From: Perkinsus chesapeaki ATCC PRA-425
Lineage: Eukaryota; Protista; Perkinsozoa
NCBI GenBank assembly: GCA_013115145.1
Contig: JAAPAO010000084.1
Coordinates: forward strand, 1-64,000
Length of the DNA stretch: 64,000 bases
Direction of reading: 5' to 3'
In this document: piece after piece, positions 10,318 through 25,017 of the stretch
Position numbering within the stretch: position 1 is the stretch's first letter
Layout: the number at the start of each line of letters is the position of its first letter
Translations under genes and position numbers: made by a program
The notes under the pieces: model-generated
The model's database searches: none
What the model saw: the letters and a program-made list of their open reading frames with translations, nothing else
Told to the model about the DNA's origin: nothing

Positions 10318-13300
10318 ATGGTCCAGTACAGAGTTAGTCATCCTGTACAGTCATATGGATAGAAGAAATAGCCGACGGGCAAGCCAATGCTAAAGGACAT
10401 CCTGAAACCCGTCCTTCTCGGTCTGCGATGGTTAATGTTCAGCTACTCTAACTGGGCTTCCCTTAGACTTGCGGATTCTTGGGGGCACTTTTCTTTGTCT
10501 GCTGACTCGTGTCACTCGCAGTGTATTGACTAGAGGCTCAAATGACAGAATCCGAGGGAGCTCTGAGAGTGTCCAGTTCTGCCGCTAGTACGAGGCTCTC
10601 CATCGTTGTCGTACGTGCTGCGGAGTGAGGGTAGTTTGATTCTGTACACTCCAGGACCACATCGAGGGATGGAAGGGGAGCTCTACTACTTGCTTAGAGT
10701 TGGACCTCACGTCTATCTCAGACGAATCTTTAGTAGCTCGCTCAAAGCCCTTCTCTAGCAGTGGAGAAGGAACCAAACTGGTAGACATAACGCAGGATCT
10801 CTGTAAAGCAAGGGCCAGTGTCACGAACGCTTTTCTCAGTCGGGGTGGATGTTCGAGAATTCTGATAGCCCGACCGAAGAGGAGCCCGTATGGATTTTGA
10901 ACATTGAAACAGGAAAGGTGAATCAGACTAAAGTATAGAAAGTCTTGGTTGGACTTCATCAAGTGGGCGCATATCAGGTATTCGGGGGATATCTGGAAGT
11001 ACGCCTTCTAGACGAGGGCAACAGCTCCGCTATAATCGCTTCTGGGCGCGTGCCCATTTGGTCCTTGCTCCACCAGTCTACTATTATCGAAGGCCCTTTC
11101 GAGTATGTACACAGTATGCCAGATAATGCCTTGTAATCTACCCCAGATTAACCCTATCCAACCCTCCCGATAACACTGCTGAGGGCAACGAAGCCGAAGG
11201 AGAAGGTAACTCCCAGCGTGCGCCAGGTCACAGGGTGATGTCCCGTCATTGCTCCATTTAATTCGTCCAATATGTTTCAATCAATGCTTACCTGGGCCGA
11301 CTAAGGATATTCCGTTTGTTCTCGAGGGAGGGAATTTTAAACAGGGTGGCGCTTAATTCCCCCATTAGACACGGAAGACGGTGGCTCGCCCGCGGTCCTT
11401 ACTGCTTCGGTGAAGATTAAAGTGGACGATTACCTCGGTAAGCATATCCAAGGTATTGTGCGTACATCATAAGTTTGACGTTATGAGTTGCTAATTAGCA
11501 GTTCTGTAGCCTAGTGGCCACAATAGAAGGCTTTCTTGTGCAATTAAAGCTACCTTTCCTCTCAGGCAATGTAGAGGACTTCCCCGATGACTGGCGAATG
11601 CTTACGCTGCACATAGAGGAAATGTGAGTGCCCAGCCCAGAATTCGATACGAACTCATCCATTCGCTTCAGCCTGAGTATCGAACACCTATTAGGTGCAA
11701 CGTGCCAGCTGCTCTACTCAATATCGCTCCATTCAATGACAGTCAGACACTCGAACAGGCGGCATGCGCAGTGGACGGTTCTCATCCGCTAGAATACCGT
11801 GTAATGCCTCTGCACATGTGCCTCGAATTGTTTTAACAAGAGTCTCTACCAGGCCACCTTCAACGGTCTAACGCTCGCGGGTGGAAAGCTGTATCGCTGG
11901 ATCCACCCAGATGCCAGAGATGACTCTAAACTCAACGCTAACGGAGAGCATCAATATGACAACTCTGAGAATGTAAACACGCATTACTCGGGAGTTGAGG
12001 CAGCGAGATGTGATGTGTCGCAGATTACACAGTGGAGAGAAGCATGTGTTACGGAGGATGAGTTCCGAATGACCATGAGGTGAGAAACAACACGGTGCAA
12101 TATCAAATGCATCTCTGCGGTTTGCTATTGAGTCGCTTAGAAAGCAAAACTGCGACATTTATGACTCATCTCCTTATATCGGATTATGCTTGATTGATCG
12201 GTGCAGCCAGGACATGAACGAAGCTTTTCGGGGCATCTTCCACGCAACCGTAGAAGCCTCCCGAGATTAATCACGTTGGATATCAAAGAGAGATTGATCA
12301 ATGCCAGGAACCTTGGCTACGGCAGCAGAGTCCAGAGCCTAAAGGCCCTGTTCGAAAGTCTCAGTGAAGGTTCTTCGGACGGAATGACATACGCCACTGT
12401 ACCGCTTGAAACTCTCTTTGTTGCCCGACGTGTCCTTGATCTTAGTTCGAGAGAGCTTTGGCTGTACCGGACTCCAGACAGTCTCTAGATAACGTAATCA
12501 AAGTAGCAGGTTACATCTACAAGGTTAGTAAATCTTACCCTTGGGAGCTGGATTAAACATTCCTAGACCTACGGGACGCCTCTGATGGCATGGAAGAGTA
12601 TTAAAGGGAAAGATAGAGAGACCGGGATCACTCGGGTAGAGGTAGACACCACTGTGCATTGTGGGCCTGATGATCGTCGAGTTTTAGTTGGCCAACTGGC
12701 TTAACAGCCTTAATATCTCCCAGGGTTCAGACGAGAAGGGTAAAGCCTTGCTCATTCACTTATCGGAACTTGAGGCTGCTGGGTCACTCAGGTTCGTCTG
12801 GGCAGTCCAATGACATTGTCGAAGGCGTTTTCGAGTTCATGTTAGTTCCCGATGGAGGAGCCTTATCCATCGAGCACCTTAGTAGAATTGAAATTTACAG
12901 GTGAGTGTGTTTGCATTTCCTGGCAGTTTGTGCTCCATTTGTTCGATCTCATTCCAGTGGGAAGTCTCGTTCTTCATTGATTTTTGATCAGGCGAGTAGC
13001 GGTGTTCTTGAAAATCGAAGATCTCCGAAGGATCTGCATCGACCGTGATCGCAGCATAGCTCAGGCTTATGAGGCCATGGCCTTTGAGACTGGCGTGGTG
13101 TTAGAAAGGTGACAAACAACATTCCATGGCTAGAACATCGTGTAACACGAAGGTTCCTCAAGTATTTCGCAGACGACGCTAGTACAGTGGAGTTAGGAGA
13201 GATTTTTGCCTGGCTGGACACTGACAGAGACGGGATTATCTCGGCGTGTGACTGGATGGTTCTGGATGAACTAGATGTCGGTTAGTGACTTCCTGCGCCG

Positions 13301-16300
13301 AGCGTATCCCTGCTCTGGCCAATTCAAAGTATGGCGGAAGCTCAGGTGATCGAAGCCCTCCTAGAAATGAGGATACTTGCACGACGTATAAGCAAAAAGG
13401 ATGAAACTCAAAGTATGTTCCATTACCAAGCTTTGCATTCCCAGTAGCCCTTGGCAGATTCTCTGGATCTTCACTATATCACGTCAGCACTGAAAACAGG
13501 ACTGGACAACGTTTTCATACGCAAGAGCGGTATCACAGGAAGGTATCATCCAACATATCACAATGGACAAAGAATGGAAATTCAGACACTTCATCAATTT
13601 CCTCACCTTCGAGCAGGAGGATAAGATAGACAGCGTTATGGTGAAAGAAATGGCTAATTTAGATATTGTTAAAATATGCAGACTGGATTTGTCATTCAGG
13701 GACTGGCTGTTCCCGAGGTATATAATCCTCTATGGGTTACTTTGTACTACATTCACGCCCTGCATAGATTTGGTAGCGTTGACAATGCATTCGAGCATTT
13801 CGCCAAGAGCGTGACTGCAAACGACCTGGGAGAAGTTGTCGCTGAAGCGCAGCGAGGACCTGCTATTAAATGGAGCCCGCCGAGCGAAACCTCATACAAG
13901 GTGACATGCGTATGATTGAGTATGAATTATAGTCACTGAGGTTGTTAATGGTGAGGCTTGCCATTTCGATGCAGCTGCGATCTACTTGCCTCGACCTCCG
14001 AAAATCGTCTCTGTTTGAAAAAATAGTCGGTCTGCCTGGCTCGACCACTGGAGTTCAAAGTTCAATGTTGATTGAACATGGCATAATGTTTATCACAGGG
14101 ACGTCGATTTCTCGAGGCCGTGCAATCATTGTACAGCAGCTCCATTCAAGAGTCAGAAGATGAATGGGTCTATCTGGAACCGTACGTACCAATTTCTGCA
14201 ACAGAAGTAGTTGACAAGAAAGCCACCAAGGTAGATTTCCCCAAACGGTGCATCAATAAGGTGAACTTTAGGGTGCCAAGAACGACACTCATGTAGATCT
14301 TGAAGGGCTCGCAAAAGGCTATCGTGGAAAGGCTCGAATCTGCTTGGCGGATTTGGCCCACTCCAGCTCGGTCGAGTAACAATATACTGAGTCTCGATTT
14401 CACAACCTGTTATGCAGGGGGACTGCTTCTGTTGTAACGGTAGAGCCGCAGGATATACACGCCTATGGAGAGGTACGTACTGTTTGCTGTACTGGCTAGG
14501 CGACTGCCAGGCCGACACTTCCCCTATGACCTTCGAACTTGCTGGGACATATATTCGCTATCGACTATCAGTTGACCGACCAATAAGCGCTCTGGATACC
14601 ACCGTGAGTTCCGCCAGTTGGAGCTGCATAAGATTTTTTGTTATGTCGTAGTTACTAGCACCTCCCACAGCAGAAGGACACATTGTCGCTGAGGTGAGCC
14701 GTCCTTGAGTAGATTATTTGCTTCATGCAACATAAACACGTTAGAGCAAATGAACCATTTGTTATCATAACAGAGTCATCATCGATCAGGTGATCCCACG
14801 AATAGTCGAACAGCCTCCAAAAGTTACTCTAGAAGATGGCTTCATAGACAAGGTATAGCCACCACTCGCCGAAAGCTATTATTACAATATCATTATAGAT
14901 TGCCCGATGTGTTACGCAGTATATAGTACCAGGTTTTGCCGAGGATGCCAACTCAGTCAACCAGCAAGAAGGTGCATGCAGCTTTTCATTTCTGTTTAGC
15001 GATTCTCTTTTCAGCGGAAATGAACGTTTGCGCGGAACGCCTTTCGGTTGAAGTGCGAAATATCCTCATTGGCATATTCCAGACCTGCCCTTTCGGCCCG
15101 CCCTCTGCGGTAGCCCTCGCGAATCCAAATTTTCGGCGAATCACTATCAGGCAACGGCTGAGCATGGCGACCTTGCCGGCATCGCAAGCCTCTTTACATA
15201 CTCTATGCAATTGGTAAATAAAGCTATCAACGCTGTGCAGGAGCATCAGACACTGATAGAAGATGAGGAACTTTGGAACGGCCAGTGAGAGACTTATAAC
15301 ATGACAGATCATCTTCTTATCAGGCGATCTCCCAGCGATAATGAATTGAGCCGGCAGCAAGAGGTTTTACTTACTGATGGTTCACTCAGGACTGGCCTTA
15401 CGTTAGTTACTCTCAGCGCGCTATGCACGCCTATCCTTCGAGGCGGAGGCCAACGGCTGGAAAGACCGCGCTATCCTTTTCTTCGAGAAAAGGCTGGCGC
15501 TCAGCATGAATGATCGGGATGTTTGGTTTGAGTGCGCGAGCATCTTCAACATGGACGTCCTTCTTCATTCATGTGCCCAGATATGCGACTTTTCTCTGCC
15601 GAATATCATCCGCTTACAACACGGATCAAAGTCGACAGTCTATCGCAAAGCTGAAGGCCATTGGTGCACTTCAGAAGTGCTTGGCCTTATCCGGTATCTG
15701 TGGTTCCCTGACAGAGGAGCCGTCGAATGGACTACAGCAGCAGGTAAGCTGCTCGAGTCCACAATAATTTCTATTCACCATAGGAACTTGTCTCGGCTAT
15801 GAAAGCTCTCGCGATACTTCTTGGTGAAGAAGGACAGTATGACGCGGCGAAGCGCATTCTTTCGTGAGCTTGCTTTAGGGATTCCATACTGAACACTTCC
15901 AAGGTACATTCTCACGCATCAAGCTTCAAGTAATAGAGATGTTTATATATTCTATTGGGTGATCTGCTCCACAAATCCGGAGAGAAACGGCTCGGGGATA
16001 AGTAGAGAGCTGAGTCCGCAATCATAATGCAGGTGCGTTGATAGATATTTCCGTCTGGTAAACCGCCATGATGTCAAGAAACCCACAGAGAAAGAGGGTA
16101 GGCTAGCAGGGTTATTGTATGGTTGAGTTGGTGTCATAGTGACGTCTGACGAGCACGAGGAAGCCGCCGCGAGAGGACGTGAAGCACACCTTCGCTGTAT
16201 GGCTGACTTAGCGAGTTGTTTTCCCTTTAGCAAGCTTGAGAAGCATCCGCACTTATTCAGTGGACGAAGACGGTCTTCCATTGGATCCAGAGACTCCTCC

Positions 16301-17822
16301 GATCCCAACAGCCGATCTTATCACTACTAACCTGATCGAGGACCTGGCTAACCTTGGCTTGGGAGATGGGGCTTTGTCAATATTATCACTGGTGGATGCA
16401 GGTTGGTATATCACACTCGAACTAACACAGAAAATATTACAGGCACCCTCCAGCTGGCCTTCTCCACTCTGCAGAGTTCTTCGTTTAATATGCTGCGGGC
16501 ACAAGTGGCAATGCTTACAGGTGTTTACAGTATGAAGGGATCCTTTTCTACTTTCACGCGGTAGGCGACTTTGAACAAGCTGCGGCACTGATCAGAGAGC
16601 ATATTCTCCCCACTGGACTAACTGTCCTAGGAGCTGTAAACATACTATACGGGGAAATTACCCGAAATCTCTCGGCAGGATAACGATAGGCATCAAAAGG
16701 CGTGGCTTTACCTCGCGGAGTGCAATTTTCAACTTGCGAGGAAGCAAGAAGCCTTATCTTGTTATCGGAAGGCAACCGACTCGTTCACCTCCCAGCCAAG
16801 TGACACAGTGGTATACTTAAGGATCGGTGAGTAAGGCTTCATCTTAACGGATATGAGACATTGCTTTTAAGGGACTCTATGCACCGAGCTTGGCTATCTT
16901 AGCCAGGCTGCAGATGCTTTCAAGAAGAGCTTGCGTTGCAGGCAGACGTCTTTGGCGTGGCTCGGTCTCGCCCAAGTCGAGGAAGCGAGTTGAGTATTTT
17001 ATCCCTCTGCGGCAGTATAGCGGTGCATTAGCAGGATGCATTCCTTCCGCGAAGTTCCTCAAGGCAGCCAATGCCTTGGACCCGTATCGGGCACGTATTT
17101 GGGCTGAACTATGCGTCGCACTATTGCAGAGCCAAGATATAGTAGGGTCTGCCATGGTAAGGCCGACAGCGCACAACCCCCGCAACCACTGGCCGCAGGC
17201 TCTCCAGTCATTCGTGAAGACTTCTGGCATTACCTTGGAGGAACCTCTAGAGGCGTCCCAAATTGAGTACATGTCAAACGAGGTCTCTTCCCATATTTGC
17301 CATCGTGAGTGATTAGCTGCCAGCAGGTCCACTCCCTTCGAATGCTCATCAAGGTGACATGTGCTTTACTATCGCATGGGAAGCTGCCGAAAGAAGTGAG
17401 ATGGAGTTTCGAGTCGACACTCTCGACGCAGATACTTTCAAGAGAATTTTGAAATGAGTTATCTTTAGGCAGAGAGTATCATTCACTCATATCAACGTCA
17501 TGGTGTTGCGGGAGTCTCGGAGTCTTCGGAAGTACAGGAGCTGCTATCGAGAAGCCTATTCCAGCAGGGCAGACGAGCTGGGGCGCTTGAAGCACTGGGA
17601 ATGGTTTCATAGTTCGGTGAAACCCGATCCTGGTAGCTCAAGTCTGATGCTACTGCGTGAAGAGCTTTTGAATGATGGAGTAGGTGACCATGCACTTTGG
17701 TGATCATCATGCGCAATCTAATAGTGTTTGTGTTATACGAGCGTACCACTGCTAGTGACCTGTTACAATGTGCGCTTTACCCTCAAGCATACGAAGTATC
17801 AACGGGCTTTACTATAACATGA
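10318..17822 (+). CDS. CFAP70: CFAP70/TTC18-like TPR axonemal protein, many short exons (ends approximate)
   Basis: C-terminal exons AWLYLAECNFQLARKQEALSCYRKATDSF...VVYLRIG, TLCTELGYLSQAADAFKKSLRCRQTSLAWLGLAQ and FLKAANALDPYRARIWAELCVALL match the remembered CFAP70 TPR series; upstream ATFNGLTLAGG; continuous exon/intron pattern from ~10.3 kb. Confidence 0.7.
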
Positions 17823-17923
17823 CCCCGGAGAGCTTCTCCTTCGGATTGAGCTCCAACTTCAATAGTCGACCGCAGAAATTGTGCCAGAACAAACCAGAAG
17901 AAAAATTAGCAGTGATGCCTCAA

Positions 17924-17944
17924 CTTGAGCCAAGATTACACGAT
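17924..17944 (-). other. Relic spliced-leader sequence 2 (possible second, more decayed copy at 17947-17960)
   Basis: Minus strand ATCGTGTAATCTTGGCTCAAG: the 3' 13 nt match the SL exactly and the 5' part is degenerate. ACTGTATTGGCTCG lies immediately upstream. Confidence 0.6.
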
Positions 17945-18427
17945 AACGAGCCAATACAGTAAATTGACCTGTATTCAGCTTACAGCTGAAGCACTCACTC
18001 ACTAGCCAGACTGACTAAGTCAGTCTGACTTGCACAAGCACTGTGTTACTATAACACAATGGGACAGGACAAGGAATCGACTCCGGCTCGAACTGTACCT
18101 CCAAGCACACGTGCTTTCCAATTCGTATATGCTTATGTCTACAACGGTGTCCAGGGTTACTCTAGATGTGACTTATTCGACCGGTGCGTTCTCGGTTCCT
18201 ACGACTAATTATGACCTACGCCTCGTGGGATTACGCTAAAAGCGTAAAATTGCGTTAAATTGTGAATCAGTCTGTAAGGTAGTTCTGGTCGCAAAGTCCA
18301 TGACTGAGATGCTTCACCAAGGTTTGGCGGGTATTCCGGTATGTTTTTGGATAGGCCGCCTTTTTCCTCTAGCGAGGTAGGGTCAAGTTAAGAAGAGTTT
18401 ACTTCATCGTTTCATTGCACTCCTGCA

Positions 18428-21400
18428 TCAACCCGCATTAGACTGGGTGGGAGTCCGACTATTACCGCAACACCAAAAATGTACGCAATGAAATTTTCGC
18501 ACTGGAACAACACGTGACTGCATGTGTGAAATGCAAGACCGAATATCAGTCGCCAAATCCCTCAATGAGGGCCCCTCATTTGCTTCGTCACCTCGCTGCC
18601 AAGTGGCTCGAATCTCCTCGACGGTTGCGGGAAGACATCTCAGCAAGTTGTCGTATCTGTGGCACACAGAAGTGCTGAGCGGGTTATCAAGCAAGTGCTC
18701 ACTTTGGCTAGAGGATCCACAGCCGGGGCTTTCGAAGAGGGCGAAAGTGCTCTGCTCTCGTTTTTGAGGGCTCCTGTATGATTAGCTGCGGCTCTCGATG
18801 CGGGCTTCGTAGAACCTGCGATGGCAGATCGGGGTCGACAGGGCCCATCTCGTGGAAATAGTTCGACAGCGCGGCTATTCACCTCGGCTCGCTCGGTTGT
18901 CCCACTGTACATGAGGGGTCGGAGGCAGGCCGGTGTTTCGGTTGATGATCTACAGCTGTCCAGTTGTAGAGACCTTAGGAGGTCATCACTCACTGGACTT
19001 CTATATCGGTAAACGCCGTTCTTGTTCTTGCCGAAACGGTTGTGTACAGCATATGCCCCAACAGGAGAGCCATTGGTCGGAGGTCGCCTATTGTAGCTAA
19101 CGTGCTGGTGTCCTATAGGACAAGACTCTGCGTAATTCGCGAAGTTGGCAAGTACTGTCTCTGTGCTCGACAGAGCTTCCGACGTTCCTACGTTGAGTGG
19201 CGATACCAGGCCTTCGATATTGTCGAGCAATCATCTTATAGCGAGCAGCTGAATGTTCTATCCTCGGGAGCCTCACGGTGGGTGATGGCGGCATCTTAGA
19301 TCTGCTAGGGGGTTTATACTGGGGTGAATGATGCTCTTCTATTTGACGGGACGTGATAGTCCCTTTTGGTATCTCATCAATAAGCTCCTTCATCCCTCGT
19401 ATTTTGCTCGCCCGAGGAATCCCCAGTTCTCGGGCTTTGTCTCCTGTAGAGGGATCAGACGGGGGCAACACTCCAACAGTAGGCAGATTAGAGTCCTTCA
19501 GAGTGCTGGCGAAATCTCCAGTACGCAGCGGTATGTATCTAAGTCCCCATTAGTTTTCCTACGGAATACTCTTTATTCCTACGAGGCGTGACTGTTGGCT
19601 CGATCAACCTCACCTCGCTGTTCGTCAGTGAGCACAAGTCTATGCTCTTCGAGCATCTGGTCGCGTAGTTTTATTTGGTACTGAAGGACAGAAAAGCCGT
19701 TCCCTTATGACGCAGGTTTGCGTAACAAACTCGGCTGCAAGTTACTTTCAGCCTTTGAATTTCCAAGTTCTTCTGATGCACCACCATCTCATGTGCTTTG
19801 AGCATTTGCTGGGCCTGCTCATACGATTCCATAGCTTCAACCTCTAGGACCTAAGTGAAACTAAGAGGCAAGGGATTTCCCCAACGCTGTGAATGCCCGG
19901 TACTTGATTGCGGAACATGAGCTCGAGAAACGCTCGAACATCATCGTTATGTACCTGATAAGTTGTCTCTAGCGCTCAAGTTATGATGGGTGTTACTGTA
20001 TTAGGGAGCTCTGCCTGCAGGGCGTTCAGCACCTCCTCGTTATCTTTCAGCCTTTGTGCTAGCATATGGCGATTCCTGAGGTCCACCCAAACGAACGTGC
20101 ACAAAACCGCTATTCAGCTTTTGTGTCAGTTTCCCCTCACTTTTCATTGGATTGAATCGTCTCCTCCACGGCACTGAGATTCTGTTGCAGCTCACTAATG
20201 GGCTTAACCGGATGGTCGCTGCTACTGGAACCATCTCCGCGTAAAGCTTGCTCTTCCCAGCGGCTTATAGCCAGCATCACTTTAGCTTTCTCAGTCTGCT
20301 GGGCTCGAACTTCAATCTCAGTATCAATCAGACTCCGCTTGAGCTGGACTCGTTCCTCAACATTGCTGACTAAGGCTTGGCGCCACCTGATAGGATAGTA
20401 GTAACCACGCTCCTCAGACAGGGAACTGATATCATCGATCAAGTATCCGACGGCTCACTTCTCTGATGCTTCGCGTTCTGGATCGTTCGTCGGTGACATC
20501 TGCAATAAAGAGGGCTGGTCGCAACGATAAGCGCTAAGACTAGGCCTACCAAATCCTCCGGTGCCACCGAGCGCGATTTAGTCGCTAGCTTCTGCCGAAG
20601 GTCTGTTACCTACAACCAGCGATGGCCTTCGATGAAGCGTTCATCTAGCAGTGCCGGACTCACGACAGATCGAAGCTCGTTGATGATCTGTGTATACTTG
20701 GATATATGGAAGCTCACGTTGAGGACATTTCGTGTGGCCTGAATGACGTGCCGGTCACTGAGCTGGTCTTAGGGATATCGCTGGTCTACCTTAGTCTTTA
20801 TTTTCTTCGCTCTGTTGGCATATTTCAGAGTGTTGTGCGTATCCTCGTAGTTCAAGTGACAGGGCGATATGTTCGCTATCATCACCGTCCGGCAGTTGCC
20901 ACCAAGGGAATCCTTGAGCAGCCTTGTCAGCTTCGAATCTCTGTAAGGGACGAAGCTGCTCTGCTTGCCACCCGCTTGATCAGCAAGAGCTGTGATACAG
21001 TTGCCCAGAGCCAAGAGTGATCGGTTTATGTTAGCTCCTTCGATCATCCGGAGACCCTTGTTGTTCGTCTGGCTAGCGCGTTCGCTGCCCGCCAGGTCTA
21101 TCATTGATAACTTTCCAACCAACACCTCAGCAACCAATCCGCTTCCCTTCTCTCGTTGCTCTACAACAACTTGCAGGACAGCATGTGACCGTGACGAGGT
21201 TTCGTTCGCGGATGTGGGTTCAGTGGTACGATTCCGGTTTCCTCGTTGCAGGAGCTCCATAATCTCTCGGGCGGATTCCAGACCTCCAACTTCGCTGATA
21301 CCAGCTACACTCATCCCCTTCACTGGGTCCTCTCGGAGATCTAGGTAGTCCGAAGTTGACGATGCCAACAGGTCTCGGATATTCTCGTTATAAACCTGCA

Positions 21401-22612
21401 CAAGCAGCGCTCAGAATATCTTGGAGACCTCTCCACTGATGACTTCATACAGTGGGAAATCCTATGGACAATCTCAAAGTAACAAAAGATGCTCCTTAAC
21501 TTCCCACACTAAATTTTCAACAGTCGTAAGGAACAGAGGGTTCTACAACTGGCGGACCGCTAATTACCTCAAGGAAGCTGCATTTTATTTGAACATGTTT
21601 CTCATTCTGCTGCTTCACAACCTTAACATGCTCGAACAAGTCCCTGCGTATAATATCAGCGCGGATGGCCGCTATAATAACTGCCTTAAAGTGAGGGTCA
21701 TAGTTCCTGGCTGTGAGTAGCTGCCGAGCATCGTGTATGTTTTACCTGGAAATAGACCCATGGCATGCTCCTGTTAAGCAGCTACCTGCGCCCGTTGCTC
21801 CATATGCGAACACTGTGGCATTGAAGCCCTGCAGCACACCAGGAATGAGAAACTTCGCCGTATTCTCATAAACGTGGTTCTGGGAGCAATTGGCCTCAAA
21901 CACGTGATCAAAGGCATATCTGCGGCAAGTTCCCTGTAACCGTCTTCGGGAGTTTGGGATACCTTCGCTCCTTCGATTTGTTAAGCCTAAGATAGTCGTC
22001 ACTCGCTGTTGTGCCGGGGTCCATTAAGACCACTACTTCATGTTCGAGAACCTATTGCCGACGGCTCGGCAACGAATGTTCCAAATTCGTGCTACTTTAA
22101 CGATTTCCCTTCCACCTTGAGCTTTCTCAAATGGTTGCAGGTGTCTTGTTCTTACAGCTACCAAGATGTTGCCTGACACCAAGGAGTAACCAAGCCGGAA
22201 GGGGTTCGCAGGCAAGCTGTTATTGAAGTGTCTTTCACAGCCCTTTCGTTGGCCCACTTGATCCGCTGCCCATCTGTTTCATGTGATCTTCTGTAGAACT
22301 ATCTCTAGCGATCAATTGGCTGGTAGCGCAGCGATCGGTGTCTATATTCCTATGGAAGGTCGACGGTGAATAGTCGCGATCACAACGGCTGCTGCTAGCC
22401 CCTTGGCGATTCACCGAAGCTGGTGATGTCGATTCGCTGGCATTAGGTGGTACGCCTTTGCGGCTCTCCCGGAGCAGTTTCGGCGAGAGTTCTTCGGTAT
22501 CGTGCGATGCAGCTGGAAGAACCATCCATCGAATTGATTCTGGTGCGGAAGACCGTGAGTACAGCTTTCCCGCGTTACAGCCCGCAAGTGCTTCCCGAAC
22601 CGCGAGCGGCAC
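18428..22612 (-). CDS. Kinesin-8 family motor (KIF18/KIF19-like), multi-exon; ends approximate
   Basis: P-loop [74 protein letters not shown], neck [13 protein letters not shown], coiled-coil and low-complexity tail. Includes a 41-nt GC-AG intron at 21644-21684. Confidence 0.9.
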
Positions 22613-22763
22613 GCCGCGGCGTGCCTCAAAGGCTCTATATGGCGAATGTGACTAACTCGGAACATTACACTTTCTTGGTAAAGTAATGCGGTCAACTTCA
22701 GCGAGAGCCGGGGTCTCAATATTATGAAGTGTGGCCCAGCCGGCTTAGGTAAAACTGAGCCCC

Positions 22764-23742
22764 TCACAGTCTCGAGGAAGGTAAACCACCAGCCTCCTCG
22801 ATCATCGTTTTCAGTAGCTCACTAGCAGAGTCAGTATCCTTCTCCATGAAGATGTCACGGTAATTGTCCATGCGACCAAACCGGAACATGCCGTGAGGCG
22901 GAGACGATAAATTAACAAGTAATCGAGGAGTAGTTCTCGGCAGCAGAATGGGTATTTGGTTGCAAGGCCCCACTTGAAGGCTGGTGCCCATTACCACAAG
23001 AAGGGTCGCTCTACCAAGATCCTCTTGCACACAATCGAAAAAGCGCTCTGGCAGGTTCTCACCGAAGAACACAACGTCGGGTTTGACCAGGCCGTAGCAA
23101 GCGGCGCAGTGTACAGGCTTCTCAGAGGTAAGCAGGTCGGTCATTTTGCCACCGTAAGGGCAACCACAATCAATACACCGCGCCGAACGGAGATGGCCGT
23201 GTGCTTGTACGACGAGGTCCTCAGGCACCCCAGCGTCAATCTCGAGGCTATCAATATTTTGGGTGTAACACCGTAGCAAGGCTCCTTTATCGGCCAGCCA
23301 TGCGATGAACTTGTGCGCAGCGGTAGGCTCGTGGGCGCCCCTGCCAAGCTGGGCTTCATGACACAGTTTATAGAACGGATAAGGATCATGTCTGAAGTAG
23401 TGGATCGAGAACAAGTCCTCAGGGGCTCGCAGACTGCTGGTGTATTTTTTGACGTTGGCGTAGATGCCCGTGTTAGGCGAGCGGAAGTCTGGAATACCGG
23501 CGCTGACCGATATACCAGCGCCAGCCAGAACCACTACTCTCCGCCAGTATCTGCTTGGGTCAGAGCATAACGCCTCCAATCCGACCTCCTTATCTGAAAA
23601 CAGAAAATATGAAGAGTACCCGGGAATCACCGAGCTTCTGGCGTACCTCCGAAAACCTCTCTAAACCGTTGCGGAATACTGGTTGGGCTTGACTCTGAAG
23701 CGGTGCTGAAGACGATCGACTCCGACTCGGCATCAGAATCAT
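22764..23742 (-). CDS. SIR2: NAD-dependent deacetylase, class I sirtuin (SIRT2/Hst2-like); 5' exon approximate
   Basis: GAGISVSAGIPDFRS, YTQNID, HG, CxxC...CxxC zinc site, KPDVVFFGE, GTSLQV; catalytic domain in one exon. Confidence 0.93.
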
Positions 23743-25017
23743 CACTATAGGGTTCGCTATGCTGAGACAGTGGGGATGAAGACATATAGGTGACGAGAAA
23801 GATTCAACTGGTGAGCGGATAGGGAGAACTGTTCTGGTATGCGAGTAACTCAACCCCTCATGGTACAACAGGCACTGCTAGACAAAAAGGGAGCGGGATT
23901 CAGTTCACAGAAAAGCCGTCCGATGGGTGCGTACGGGGCCTTCTTTTCGCGCAATGACTCACGCTTTCCTCATCAAGCACATACGACGATGGTCTTGATG
24001 AGTCTAGCTGCCGGAAAGCTACCGCTCCTCCCGCCAGGTTGCGCGCTGAAAGCAAGATTTCGCTGAGTAACACCACGGCAGTTGCCTACCAGCTCGATCG
24101 CTATATGCATACTTGTCGCTGGGAATCTCGCCGTTGTCCAAAAGCCTCACCTGCACCTGACCGTCATCAGTGCACCGGACATCATGTATCCGCTGGACGC
24201 ACCGAGGGCCGCTCTGCCATCAAAGAGATGTTACAGCTTTTGGGATCTCCGACAGATTTACCTCCCATTTCCCAGGAATCGGCTGCCGAGTTTTCGGGTC
24301 GAAGGTGACTGGCCGGGACAATCGAGTTCCATCTCGCAAATCAATCTTGTAGCTGTGCCAGGGACAGCTTAGGCAAGGAATGCCCTCAATCTGAGCACCT
24401 AGCTACGCCGCGACGCGGGGAACTCGTCCTACTTCCTCTATGTCGCCAGTTGTGAGGGGCCCACCCATATGATAGCATATTGAATCTAAACAGTAGATCG
24501 CTGGGGAGGCATCTGCTCTTTGGGAAGGCTCGGAACAACGCTTTGCTGATGGGTCAATAATGACTGATACGTAACGACCCTCAACCTGACGGCAAGTGTG
24601 GCTGCCACTAATTGCGCCGATCCACCGAAGACTATCACGAAACTCACCTGAATATGCACACGTCGGAGCCTCCTCAGTTTTGAGAGTGAGCAAGCGTCAT
24701 GCCATCGATGCTTTGCCCCCTCGAGCGAGCATTCTTTGTCTCTGGGTGCCGGCGTGACGGAGCTCTCCACCACTCCCGCCTTCTTGACAGAGGAACCCAT
24801 GAGATGTAACAACAGAAACCTCAATACGGCAGAGATATCCTTACCGAACTAGATCCCATTCGTCCGGTATGAACTAGCTACCACACCCTAATCCACTGTT
24901 GTCAACCTGACGTATGCCACCGGGTCCATAGCAGAGCACAACCATCACCTGACCGCCCCTCGAAATGAAACTCTGGACAACCGGGTAAGTAGAAACATTT
25001 TTATGGGGGTTCTGATA

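Noticed and set aside
23839-24830. Overlapping short ORFs on both strands between the sirtuin and the TM/Lys-rich gene
   Set aside because: No recognisable motif or consistent exon chain; strand undecidable.
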